A stretch of 64,000 bases of DNA, from contig NC_086108.1 in assembly GCF_963921235.1 (NCBI RefSeq), forward strand, positions 56,112,001-56,176,000, written 5' to 3'. Position 1 is the stretch's first letter. The number at the start of each line of letters is the position of its first letter. A model generated the notes under the pieces. The model was not told where the DNA came from. It worked only from the letters and a program-made list of their open reading frames with translations, and did not search any database. Made by a program: the position numbers and the translations under genes. Positions 25,640 through 37,800 of this stretch are shown piece by piece. This stretch comes from Mobula hypostoma (Eukaryota).

Positions 25640-26848
25640 TGTAACTGGGATCAAAGTCACTGGAGAGACATTGAAGTAGATGATATAGAAGGTTTTATTC
25701 ATCACGACATGTAGGCATCATTCTGGAAACGGACAGAATATCGAGGCTCACAAACCCAAAAATACATCATATTTTTATACCTTTAAGATCAAAGGTAACA
25801 GTAGGTGATTCAATACAATTTCAATTATTACAATAACATTGTTTACTTCAATATTTTGGGTTGACAAATGGTTCCTTTGAGGTACATTGTGGAAACACAT
25901 TGTAATTCATACGACAACCCTGAAGGTCCAGACACCTTTGGGAGAAACTAATTACACAAATATTCTAAAAACATCTGATGACAGAGAGCCAGGTACCCAA
26001 AATTAATGCGACACACACAAAATGCTGGTGGAACGCAGCAGGCCAGGCAGCATCTATAGGAAGAGGTACAGTCGACTTTTTGGGCCAAGATCCTTCGTCA
26101 GGACTAACTGAAAGAAGAGCTAGTAAGAGATTTGAAAGTGGGAGGGGGAGGGGGAGATCCAAAATGATAGGAGAAGACAGGAAGGGGAGGGATGGAGCTA
26201 AGAGCTGGAAAGTTGATTGTTTCTTTCTTTCTTTCCCCCTAGGCCTCCCGTCCCATGATCCTCTCCCTTCTCCAGCCTTGTATCCCTTTTGCCAATCAAC
26301 TTTCCAGCTCTTAGCTCCATGCCTCCCCCTCCTGCCTTCTCCTGTCATTTCAGATCACCCCCTTCCCCTCCCACTTTCAAATCTTTGACTATCTCTTCTT
26401 TCAGTTAGTCCCGACAAAGGGTCTCGGACCGAAACATCGACTGTATCTCTTCTTGTAGATGCTGCCTGGCCTGCTGCGTTCCACCAGCATTTTGTGTGTG
26501 TTACCCAAAATTAATATTGTCAGGGCTGTCTCTGGGCACACAACTCTGGTAAGTACACAAAAACTATTGATTGCCTATACCTGTGACCATGTTTGATATG
26601 CTAAGTGCCAACATCAGTCTGGTTTGCCAGGTTGAATTTAAGTCACAATGGTACAAGTAACTTAACCACATCGCCTGGTTTGATGCAAGCCCATTAACAC
26701 AACCCCATTGTCTAAATGCCACCTCTTAATCTTGAAGGCTAATTGCAAGTGTCCTGAATTTATTTACATTTACACTAAGAACTGAAGGCTGGTCCTAGTT
26801 TGAATTAGTAACTGCTGTATTCATATAACTCCAGAATACTCTCTAACA
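25640..26848 (-). mobile_element. Solo LTR (about 700 bp net) with 5-bp TSD, interrupted by a PLE fold-back
   Basis: TGT...ACA termini, GCAGT at 25635-25639 and 26849-26853. On the - strand, TATAAAAA (25779-25772) precedes AATAAA (25699-25694). Confidence 0.75.
26008..26501. mobile_element. PLE-end fold-back insertion (about 210-bp inverted arms), 14-bp TSD
   Basis: TSD tacccaaaattaat at 25994-26007 and 26502-26515. Both outer ends are the PLE 3' terminus, and each arm has a decayed hammerhead. Confidence 0.9.
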
Positions 26849-27394
26849 GCAGTAAACTGCCTTGAGTGAATTATTCTAACACTACTTTTAAATGGCTTGA
26901 AAATTGAATTCTGTAACTCCTAGTAATCTTTCCTCCCTGTCCCTTCCATTTTTTACCTGATCCCACTAGCCCTCATCACCTGATCTCCTTCTCCTCCCCT
27001 CCCTCTCCATCTGCCCACCACCCACACATTTACATTTCCCTCTCCACCTCCTACACAATGGTCCACTGTCCTTTCCTACCAGACTACATTTTCTTCAACC
27101 CCTGGTTACTTCCACCAATCAATTCCCAACTTCTTAGGTTATTTCTATTCTCCTTCACTGCTTATCACACCCCTCACCTGGATCCATCTGTTACCCATTA
27201 GTTCTTGCTCTAACTCTTCCCCACTATTTTGTGTTGGCTATATTTCCCCTTTATTTGCAATTCTGATAAAAGGTCTTAACCCAAAATGTTGACTGTTCTC
27301 TTCACTCTATGTAATTTTAATTTTCATTGCCTTTCATTCATGAAAAAGGTGTTTATTGTTCTCACAATTCACTTCCTGAAGTCCTTACAAACAT

Positions 27395-27605
27395 GTGGGT
27401 GTGTGGAATGCACTGCCAGCAACAGTGGTGGAGATGGATTCAATGGGGTCTTTTAAGAGACTCTTCAATAGGTACACGGAGCTTAGAAAATAAAGGGCTA
27501 TGCCGTAGGGAAATTCCAGACAATTTCTAGAGTAGGTTACGTGGTTGGCACTACACTGTGGGTTGGGGGGCCTGTAATATGCCGTAGATTTCTATGTTCT
27601 ATGCT
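27395..27605 (+). mobile_element. CR1 3'-end fragment
   Basis: tggaatgcactgccagcaacagtggtggag...gtagatttctatgttctatg tail. Confidence 0.65.
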
Positions 27606-28403
27606 CTGTGAAATTATTTAATTTGATAATCTTATTGTGTCTAAATTACATATTTGATAATACTGTAATTCAAAAAGAGATATTTTGAAAATACCAGATA
27701 TTTTATCTAATTATTTTGTAAGCTAATATTCTTGTGATGAATATAACATCATTGAAGTATTACAGAATGACCTGAGAAACCCATTTTATTTAATTATTTG
27801 TTACCTTTAGTGTTTGTCTACTGTATTCATAAACTGCCTGGGGTTCTTGTTCCATTAACCCTTTATACCTGCTTTAACACCTTTTCAATAAGTTCTTCTT
27901 TATTCTTCCCTTCTCTATTTGTGATCATGATACCTTTCATTGCTGGGATTTAATTTTCTTCTTTCTCATTTCTAATTTGAGAAAGGCACAGAATGTTACA
28001 AGCATACCTGAGCAACAAGTGAAAGAAAGGCTTCCATTGAGGCTGATGTATTCAGTGTTTTAACTAAATAATTTCCCTTGAGTTTTGGATTTCTTCTTTT
28101 CTTTGGGGAGGGATATAGCCTTCAGCTATTGGGTGCATATTATGATACCAAGACTTACCTCATGAAAAAACAATGAAAACTATAATTACATCTCCACGAC
28201 CATCATTCTTTGTTACAGTGTATCTAAATACTCACTGAGAATAGACAGATCCTATTTGGAACTGTGATTTTTCAGCATAAGACTAATAAGATGTATTTAT
28301 CCAGACTGAGCAAGGTTTAGTGATTCTCTGCTGTACTTGTTTTTACTTACTATTAAATTCCTAATTTCATTCCGCTTGTATTCTCTTCACTTTTCTTTCG
28401 CAG

Positions 28404-28492
28404 TAGTAAGAAGGTCCCAGAGGATACAGCAGCTCTGATTCCACTCTTTGGCCCACCACTGGAGTCAGCATTTGAAGGCATAAAACCAGAAG
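28404..28492 (+). CDS. SGIP1: SGIP1 exon ((S)SKKVPEDTAALIPLFGPPLESAFEGIKPE); alternative start at 28407
   Basis: Pyrimidine tract with CAG|TAG| tandem acceptors, donor AAG|GTACTT. Matches APLFGPPLESAF. Confidence 0.92.
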
Positions 28493-29767
28493 GTACTTTG
28501 CACACATGTCTGAAAAACATTGACCTCACAAATACATAACAGTAAAGAACGCAGTGATAATGTTACTGCAGTATCACAGAACCAAAGACTTAACTGAGTT
28601 TGAATCCCATCCCACAGGTGCTTCATTTAAATTCAAGAAATCATTCAAAAACCTGGAATAAAATGTTAATATTGGTATTGATAAATGTGAAACTATTGAA
28701 TTGTTGTAAAACTCCACCTAGTTCACCCAATCTCCTTTGAGTCTGCGGTCAGGGCTTTTCCAGGGGAATTGGGCAGATAACTGAAAGCAAGTAATGTGCA
28801 GGGTTACAGGAAAAGAGCATAATAATGAAATGTGTTGGATTACACTACAGAACCCGCTGACTAGACCTGATGGGCTGGATGGACTGCTTCCTTACTTAAG
28901 TAGTTCCAAGGGTCTACTTGTTACAGCCTGCGTGATGTGCAGTATGTCTCTTAAGCAAGTTTTCAAATAGGAACACATCTGGCATTCTTGGCCTAATAAG
29001 TGTTTGGTTTTTTTTCTCAACTGGTTGCTGCTGAGGGAATAAATATATTTGATCAATAGGAACAGCAATTCGAAGAGAAGGTGACGATCCCTGACATTCT
29101 ACAGTTTTAAGCAGAATTGGCATGCAGTGCAAGGAAGTAAATGGGACTAAAGAGAAGCAATTTTATCTGTTCTCTCCATCCTATCATTTTTGATGTGCTA
29201 ATCTGAGATTAGAATCAATGTTCCTTCGCAAAATAAAATGGTGCTGTTAACAAAACATGTAGAACAAGGTTATCAGCGTTTGAATGGGAGTATTGTGGCC
29301 CAGTGACTACAAGATAACAATACCAGTGAGTGGGTTGGAAAATGTTACCATCTTTGCAAGGATATGGTCAAGGCAGACGGCCAACACTTGGGAGTTATTT
29401 AGAAATTTGTAGATGGGTTCCTTGCTCAGGGGGTGGGGGGGGGGGAGGTAGAAGAGAAATTGGTCATATTTGGAGGAAGTGTGGTGGAGATCAGGTAGTT
29501 CCAGGCCAGCCACCTACATATGGAAAGATAGCAGATATTACAGCAGGTAAGAGATGGGTGATTAAGATTAACTGCTTCATATTCCACAAGGTGTACACTG
29601 GCACAATGCTGGTTGAACTGCCGGAATCACAACTCAAGGAATTTCTGAAGGCAACAGACCAGAAATATTGTTCCTACAATCTAATGTTTAAAAATCGAAT
29701 TGCTCATACTGTGTATTTATGCCATGTGTTAATTTATTTTTTGGCTGACTTTAACCACATCTTAAAG

Positions 29768-29860
29768 CTACAATTGATCAGCCTGAAATCTGGGGTCCAT
29801 TTCAAGCCAGTGATTTCAAAAGACAATCTCCTTTGCCATCACGACCATTTCCTTCTGGAG
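29768..29860 (+). CDS. SGIP1: SGIP1 93-nt exon ((A)TIDQPEIWGPFQASDFKRQSPLPSRPFPSG)
   Basis: aaAG|CT...GGAG|GTAAGT. Matches DQPEIWG...RPFPTG, symmetric phase 1/1. Confidence 0.9.
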
Positions 29861-31068
29861 GTAAGTTCACAGCAACTACATTAATCATTAAAATTGTGAA
29901 ATTAAACATAATAAGAAAACAAGAAAATATAATGGCCCTACTTCCCATAATTTCCTTTTATGTAGCTGCCAGATATGTGCTTTGCATCTGAATTGCATTT
30001 TGCTTCACAGGCTTTGGAGATCTAACTGGTGCATGAGCAATATCTGATCATGTTACTGGAGAAGACCTTCCTCCTAGAAGGATTTTGCCCCAGAAACAGG
30101 CAGAGTGACAAATCTATAAAGCCTGTATTACTTGTGGAATTGTGGCAAAATATCCAGAACACTCATGTGGAGGCTAGAAACATAAGTTTATGATTTTAGT
30201 GTTTTGCAATCGGACTCTTCGGGTTTGAGGAGGGGTCAGCCACCATACGCAATGGCAGCTACTTTAAGCAGCCTTGAAAATGGAATTTCTTCTCTTCCAC
30301 AGATAGGAAAGTGGGGGATGATGCTATACATTGTGTTTTCAGTGGCACCATAACATGAAATAGTCCGGGAAATTTCAGAGGTTTGTGGAAGGACAAAATC
30401 TTTAACCTAATGAGTACTGACTGACATTCACAGGATGTGTATATTCTACTACCACAGTGCAACAGTTGTTGGGCATCATTCATTTAATAGGATAGAAAAC
30501 TGACTAAATGCTAAGTAGTATCAACCTTAGAAGAAGCTTGTGTTCTTTGCTATGCTCCACTACCTCTTTGCCTTCTGATCCAAATTTGAATCCTCAGAAA
30601 GAGCTGGTCTTTGATAGTTATCAGCTCTTCAGTAAGTGTATCTGAATCTGTACATTAGGTGATGTACTTTTTTTTACCTCTGGTTTTAGCTCACCATTAG
30701 CAAATGAAATCCACGTTTAAATATCAGTTTCTATTCATACTAATTCTTCAAAGTCAGGAGGTGGAGTTAGAGCCACACCTCCAGGCTTGAGTACCTAAAT
30801 TTGGTCAGAGCATTTTGTGTGGATTTTAAAAGATTGGTATATTGTCACCTTGTGGATCATGCAGTACCATTCAGTTACCTCTGCAGTGGGTGGAAAGACT
30901 CTGTTTCTCTCTATCAAAGAGATCGGGGCTGCCTTGTTTTTCTGAGAAAGTGAGTTTTTATTAATATGCTGATTACAAATATCATTATCCTTTAAATTTC
31001 AGATGGTGTAAAATTGCAAAAATTATCATTTTCATTCCATAAGTTGCATTTTGTAATTCCCCTTCTAG

Positions 31069-31143
31069 CCCCTCCTCCTCTGCCTCCGAAAAATGTTCCA
31101 GCCACACCACCTCGCACAGGATCACCCTCAGCAGAGGGTTCAG
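31069..31143 (+). CDS. SGIP1: SGIP1 75-nt exon ((A)PPPLPPKNVPATPPRTGSPSAEGS)
   Basis: ttctAG|CC...CAG|GTAGGG. Near-identical to PPPLPPKNVPATPPRTGSP. Confidence 0.94.
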
Positions 31144-31986
31144 GTAGGGTTTTGTAGTTTAATATTCAGCTGTACTGGGCAGCTTCTCATTTACCTACAT
31201 GTTGCCACTTCAGTAGAATAGGTATGTGGAACATCAACATCAGCAAGAGCAAATTAGTTTGAATAATTGTTTCTGTTTTGTAGGCCTGAGGTATCTCTAA
31301 ATAGCTATAAAGTAACACACAATTAATGTAGAGAAATACTGACTGGATCTTCTCCTTTTATATTCAACCATTTTATGTCTTTCACACAAGCTTTTTTCCC
31401 AAATTTCATAAACTTAATCAAGTGCAGATTCTTTGTATCTTAAACCATCTGCATTAAAGTTGCTTTTTAAGGAAGGATATGTTTGCTCTGCTCCCAAGTT
31501 TTCAGTTCAAAGATGTGTAGCTTAGTTTAGAACTGAGTTTTGCAGCTCACCACGTCTCTGATGTGCTGTGAAACCCATCTCAGCCAAGGCACCGAGGATG
31601 CAACGGATGTGAGTGACTGTTGCTTAAGAACAGACAGTACACGGTAGAATAACTTACTGATACTCACTTTCTTGCCTCAGATACGAGTACAATACCAGGG
31701 GGCTACTAGCAGATCCAATGTGTAAAGGGGGCATGGGTGGGGGTGTACAAGGAAACTATTTCCTTCTTTTGATATTTGAGATCTGTCTCATTGGTAATAT
31801 TTTTCTTTAGTCTTTTAACACTGAATGTACGTTCTTCAGTTTTATTTTTGTGTATAATCTTTTGATTCCTGCTTTTTTTTACTCTTGAAATTTGAAATTA
31901 AGACCACATTGCTCTGAAAGGCACCAAGTCAGACCTTGATACAGCAATGCAGCAACCTTTGCCGAACTTATCCCATGGGACTGTAG

Positions 31987-32445
31987 GGAATGACCAGGGT
32001 GAAGCAGAGCCCCAGCCTAACAAACTGTTGTCTATCAATGACCTGGATGATATTTTTGGCCCAGTTGTGTCTCCCAGATCCGGAGCAGTCCTGTCGAAGA
32101 GCAAGTGGATTGACTTTTCTGATCGACCTCCCAGAGATGATGTTTCAGCTGCAGCTCTGAGTGAGAAGAGGTCCACCTCAGCCCTGCAGCTAGAGGACAT
32201 TCATAGCGACCTACAGTCCACTGATGCCCCTCCAGTTATTTCTGTGCCTCTCGACCATGATGGAAGTGAGATAAAGAATTCTGAGCAGGCATTGATCAAG
32301 AGCGGAAAGAGCGAGTCGTCCTCCTCCCTGAAAGAGCTCGCTATGGGGCAAAAGAACACGCCCCCTCCCCCGCCACCTCCTACCTACAGGACAGTGGTAT
32401 CTTCTCCAGGACCCAATTCAGGCAGTGGAGTATCCAGTAGCAGTG
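31987..32445 (+). CDS. SGIP1: SGIP1 large proline-rich exon (GNDQ...SINDLDDIFGPV...TPPPPPPPTYRTVVSSPGP...); may start upstream at 31903
   Basis: ctgtAG|GGAATGACCAG, donor GTG|GTACGT, 459 nt, phase 1/1. Contains the SINDLDxIFGP and PPPPPPPTYRTVVSSPGP motifs. Confidence 0.9.
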
Positions 32446-34206
32446 GTACGTGGTGTTTGCCTAAACACTGCACTAGCCTGTCTCCAGCAAGAAGCCTCAG
32501 TAGTAGCAACATTAAATGGCTTCTTCCTGCTTCTGTCCTGTGGTATTTGTGCTGTTTCATTCTGTGCTAAGCGCTGCTAATTTGTGTTCTTTGGAAGTGT
32601 GCATCTGTGGTGACATTCTCACAACAACCCCCAGCACCCTATCCTACCTCCTCAACAAGCTCTTCCCTTGTCTTGAAACTGGCCGACAGGTTCTCATGTT
32701 GTTTACCAGAGAACACTGAGTCTGCAAGGTGTTCCCATCCAAAGAGAAAAGAGAAACAGTACAAACTACATCATTATGTAAAACATTTCCTTTTAGACAT
32801 CACTTCCTTAGATCAGATCTGTAAATGAGTCACTGTTAGACTGGATAAGTGTTACAATTGGCTGTATTCCCCTCTTCACACCCTCAGTCTGGATGGGATT
32901 TATTGATCAAAGATTCCAGCTTCAGGTTTTTATCCAGCGATCATCACTGCCCGCCACCCCATTGTCCAACAAACCATGGAGGCAATTGGCACAGATGCAG
33001 TACTTCTCCACTTATAGTCCCCCTCTGCTGAAGCATGAATACCAGCCCTTTTCTCCAAGGTTCATCTCTGAACGATATTGACAAACAGCACAAAGGGGAA
33101 AATGTATCTCAGTGCAGTAGCACATCCCTATTCAAACTGTCCAATTGGGCAGCATATTGCTGGGATGTCATCAGGAAAGCAGGGCTGATGTTTGCCCCAG
33201 GAAACTCAGAATAAAATACAGATTATTAATTTGCTGCCTCCAGTCACAGTTCACTGGACTGTGGTGTCATCTGAGAATCATTGGAGGTGCAAAGACTTCT
33301 GCTTTATCAATTAAACTGAAATGCTGGGGTTACGTCGCACCCAGTTGTTGTCAATGGATCACCATCAAGTTAGGTGGAATACAAGAGTAAAGCTAAGCTT
33401 CTCTAATAGGTTCCCATCCTGTTTGCTATCTGGCAGATATCTGGTGCAGCACTGAAATATGCTGGATTTGGATTTGTGGATTGCAGTGAAGGGTTGGGTA
33501 CCACAGTCTCAGCATTCGCAGCATTGTCATTTCATTCAAGAGATTAAGTGATCTGGTGAACATTTTTTAAGTGCAAATTCTTTTGGACAATTTTCCAATG
33601 AAACATGGGCTTTGCTGATGATGCTATTATCTCATCCTTCATGCTCAACGCCCTGTCAGCCAATTTCCACCACCCCTCCCAAATCCTTCCTGTTATGTAG
33701 TTAGATCACATCAGTATGCAGCTGAGTGCACATTTTGATCATTAGTTTATAGCCATAATAAGAGATTATGGTTATAAGGCTTTATGTCCCAATGTTGCTG
33801 CTTCCATTTTGCCTGTATTTGCTTGTATCAAGCCCGTAGTATCAATATTCTTCAAACAACGCTGAAGGGCAGGGAACTGCAAATGCTTACTCCCTTAGTG
33901 AGAAATTATGATATCTGGAGCTAGGAAATTTAAGATTGTTTTGGGTTGAGATAGCTGTTTGAACTGTTTTACAGTTGATTTTGGTTTCCTTTGAATGAAA
34001 AGGAAGTTTTAGACGCAGGTTCCCCTCCTGTTTGCTATCCAGAACTTAATGTGCTAATTTTAATTTGGAGGCATAAAACGAGTGACATTGAGTTTACTGC
34101 AGGCTGTACCATGTGACCTGGGAAACCTATCAGGCAGAATCATATCTCAGGTAGCTAACTCAACACTGACATTCAAACTTAAAATCACATACAGTCACTT
34201 ACAGAC

Positions 34207-34395
34207 ACAAACAAAGAGAAAATCTGCAGACACTGCAAATCCAAGCAACACACACAAAATGCTGGAGGAACTCAGCAGGCCAGGCAGCATCTATGGAAAA
34301 GAGTACAGTTGACGTTTCGAGCCAAGACATTGACTGTACTCTTATCCATAGGTGCTGCCTAGCCTGCTGAGTTCCTCCAGCATTTTGTGTGTGTC
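34207..34395. mobile_element. Short palindromic PLE-end fold-back element
   Basis: About 65-bp inverted arms, acacacaaaatgctggaggaactcagcagg...cctgctgagttcctccagcattttgtgtgt, with the apex inside the hammerhead region (about 34310-34335). Confidence 0.88.
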
Positions 34396-35326
34396 ATATA
34401 TAGACAATGGGTTTAACTGTGATACCCTCACAGTCCGTCCATATTTGCTATTTGCCTTACATGAGCAGAACAGTCAGAGTCAGCTCTACCAGAAGAAACT
34501 GGGGCTTAGATTGCAGCCAGCTTAAAAATTAGGGTGCAAAATGGGGGGAAATTAATTGTTCTTAACAGTTTAGCAAATTTAAATTTTGATTTATGTGTAA
34601 CAACCATAGAAGATATTTTTAAAATTTTCAAACAGGAATACGAAAAACCGCAACATTCAAATTGTTAGTGACTCTCATTATTTCCCATAAAATTAATGTA
34701 ATATTAAAATAATACTACGGTTGAAGACTTTGCTCACATGCAGAATGGCCAGTTTTACTATCGATGAGATTGGTGTCATTAGCTGTGGGAACACAACATG
34801 AGCCCATCAGGTAGATTTTAATTCCCAACTGGAATATCGGGGGTAAGTTGACAGTTGGAGAAGGGAAAGGTGGTAATGGTTGCACACGTTCCTGGCACAA
34901 TCGCAGGCCACCGCAATATAATCTATATCCAGGCACAGTCATACTCCTGTCCTTCGGGTTAGCTTTTCTTTGACGAAATCCAGCCCAGCATGTCAGGTTC
35001 CAGACTATGGACCAACATCAACTGCCAAATCAAGATGGGAGGTTCTAAATGGTCAGAAAGAGCAAAGAGAAATTATCTGGAATTCTTGTGGGCCAGGAGG
35101 GATAGGAATTACTCACTGCCATTATACAACCACCCCTTCTACAACCCATCTGGACCATAGACGTGGCAGATGACCCAACCTTTGTGTCACCTGCCACATC
35201 TATATCAAGCCTCTTCCTTCCTACACCCAGACCTCTGTGCAGTGCTGACCACACTCCATGGAACTTTGCTAACGGTTTCTAGTTCCTTGATTTGTAAAAT
35301 TTAAAATCATGTCTCCTTATTTTTAG

Positions 35327-35451
35327 GTTCGTCATCTCCTGCCCGTCCAGCAACGCCATCGGGCTTAACCAGTAACACTCCTCCTCCTCCACCACCTCGT
35401 CCACCATCACGGCCGAAACTGCCTCCTGGAAAGCCTGGAGTAACTGATATG
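35327..35451 (+). CDS. SGIP1: SGIP1 exon ((G)[10 protein letters not shown]...[24 protein letters not shown])
   Basis: ttttAG|GT...ATG|GTACGT, 125 nt. Matches SSPARPATP and [15 protein letters not shown]. Confidence 0.94.
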
Positions 35452-35713
35452 GTACGTTTTTATATGTCACTGTGGTATTTATTGCGGAAAGATATTACTG
35501 GAGTGTGTCACAAAGCCACAGAGAAAAACATAGCTCTTTCAACTGGTCCCCATGAAACTCACAGCTATATAGGTCTGTAGAATAATGCTATGACCAACAA
35601 GAAATCTTATTTAACATCCAACAAAATAATTTGTACTATCTACTTCTCACAAGAAATGCTGATGAAAGTCCAGTTGTGTTATCACCTGTGGATTGAGTTA
35701 GACCATGAGATAT

Positions 35714-35966
35714 AAAAGTTGCTGGTGATCGCAGCAGGCCAGGCAGCATCTCTAGGAAGAGGTACAGTCGATGTTTTGGGCCGAGACCCTTCGTCAGGAC
35801 TAACTGAAAGAAGAGATAGTAAGAGATTTGAAAGTGGGAGGCGGAGAGGGAGATCCGAAATGATAGGAGAAGACAGGAGGGGGAGGGATGGAGCCAAGAG
35901 CTGGACAGTTGATTGGCAAAAGGGATATGAGAGGATCATGGGACAGGAGGCCTAGGGAGGCCTAGG
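35714..35966 (-). mobile_element. PLE 3'-end fragment between about 141-bp direct repeats
   Basis: Matches the PLE end. Flanks 35570-35711 and 35983-36123 are near-identical direct repeats. Confidence 0.88.
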
Positions 35967-36272
35967 TCTGAAGAATAATGCCTAGGTCTGTAGAATAATG
36001 CTATGACCAACAAGAAATCTTATTTAACATTCAACAAAATAATTTGTACTATCTACTTCTCACAAGAATACTGATGAGAGTCCAGTTATGTTATCACCTG
36101 TGGATTGAGTTAGACCATGAGATCATGCTTTCGAGCATAAGTCTATCTTTGGTATAATTTCCAGTCAAGCTAGGATGAGGTCAGTCACTAAAACTGTGCA
36201 AGTGCAAGGAAGTTTCTTTCCTTGAATAAGGTGAACAAATTCATTATAATTGCCAATTTACCCAGAGTAGTA

Positions 36273-37110
36273 CAGCGGATTCCAGTTAATTGGGGCACTT
36301 AGGGACAAGTACATCTTGGCCCAATTATGTGACTGTCCCAATTAGCTGGTTTTGTAGAAATAGTTAAAAAGGTATAAAAAAAACTCAAACTACTATTTAA
36401 TGGAGCAGCAATTTATGCATTTAAATGAGATACAGGCAAATTAGAACAGTACCAATACCGCTACTGTATTATAAAACTGTGTATTAATTCCTGATAGTTA
36501 TTCATGGATAAATTCATCCAGTGTATGCTGCTCTGTTCTTTTGATTGACTGTAAATGAAGAAATTCTGAGCAGACACCTAGTGCATGTAATGGACTGCCT
36601 TCATACAATGCTTTCAATGATTGCATCCTCCAAATCTTCATTTTCATTGTAACATTCAAGATGATTGTCGATACCTTCAAATTCTTCATAGTTCCTAACT
36701 TGCTGAAGTAGTGAAATACTTTCATTTTCACTCACAGCTGTTTCTGGAATTTCCAAGCCTGAATGCTTGAAACTATGGTGAGCAAAACAGCTCCAGATTG
36801 TCTTACTGCTTAATTCTTGCCAACTATCAGTGACAAAACTCACTGCTTTTTGAACACAAACAGTCAACTGACGCTATTTAAAAACTGTTTGTTCTAACTA
36901 TGGTGTAGTGTCTAACGATCACACAAGTGCATGTGACTGACGCTAGTTTGAAACTGTTTGGCAATTAATTCTCAATTAAGCGGTACACTGTACCAAATGA
37001 ATGAAGAGAAACCCAGTTATTTTCTCAATTAGTTCTTGTTCTTTAAGAGTTGTCCCTCAAATAAGTGGCTGACCGGATTAACCGATGGCCCAAATAACCG
37101 GAATCCACTG
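36273..37110 (-). mobile_element. Tigger/pogo-like (Tc1-mariner superfamily) non-autonomous DNA transposon
   Basis: TA|cagcggattccagttaattggg ... cccaaataaccggaatccactg|TA, giving about 22-bp TIRs and a TA TSD. Internal remnant DSWQELSSKTIWSCFAHHSF resembles a pogo/Tigger transposase C-terminus. Confidence 0.85.
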
Positions 37111-37649
37111 TAATTTCTTTTGCATTTTCTACTTACAACATAAAACATTCACCCTCAAGTAGCAAAGTTCATGATCAATACACTTATGACCCAGAAAACT
37201 ACTACCTGCCCTCCGAGATCAAAACAAAATTATATCAACTGAGGGGGAAAATTCCTCTCAAGTGTAGATTGAGCATTATCACATCTATTACTATAACATT
37301 CTGTTTCATTAATATATAGAATTGAATATCAGGTAAGGATGAATAACTTGAAGAGGCCAGGGAGTATTTCTTAATTTCTGGCACTCAGAACTTGATGAAT
37401 ATCAGAACATTGAACACACTTTATTCGGCACTAAGGGTAAACCTTTTTTTTCACAAAATCCATCATTTTTTATGTGTCACAAATCCATCTCTTTTTTTTT
37501 AGGTAAAATTAACTTTGTAGGACAACAGGACAATAACCTATGAGACCTCCATTGTCTCAGGCTCTATCACTGTAATCTCTTCCAACCCTGGAAACATTCT
37601 CTCCTGCTGTCATGATCTCTAGACCATTTCCAATTCAAATTGCTCTCCC

Positions 37650-37800
37650 ACCACTGCCTGTAAGGAGTTTGCCTATTCTCCCTGTGACTGTATGGGTTTC
37701 CTCCAGGTGCTCTGGTTTCCTCGCACAGTCTATAGTCATACTGGTTGGTAGTTTAATTGGTCATTGTAAATCGTCCTATAAGTAGGCCAGGGTTAAATCA
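37650..37800 (+). mobile_element. V-SINE (HE1-like) fragment
   Basis: tgtaaggagtttg...gggtttcctccaggtgctctggtttcctc V-domain-like core, shared with the copies at 43110 and 49139. Confidence 0.7.

Noticed and set aside
29330..29884. 184-aa ORF as a separate gene
   Set aside because: No recognisable homology. It overlaps the SGIP1 exon 29768-29860 in a different frame.
35659..35672. CTGATGA in the 141-bp repeat as a hammerhead core
   Set aside because: No downstream GAAA core or compatible stems.
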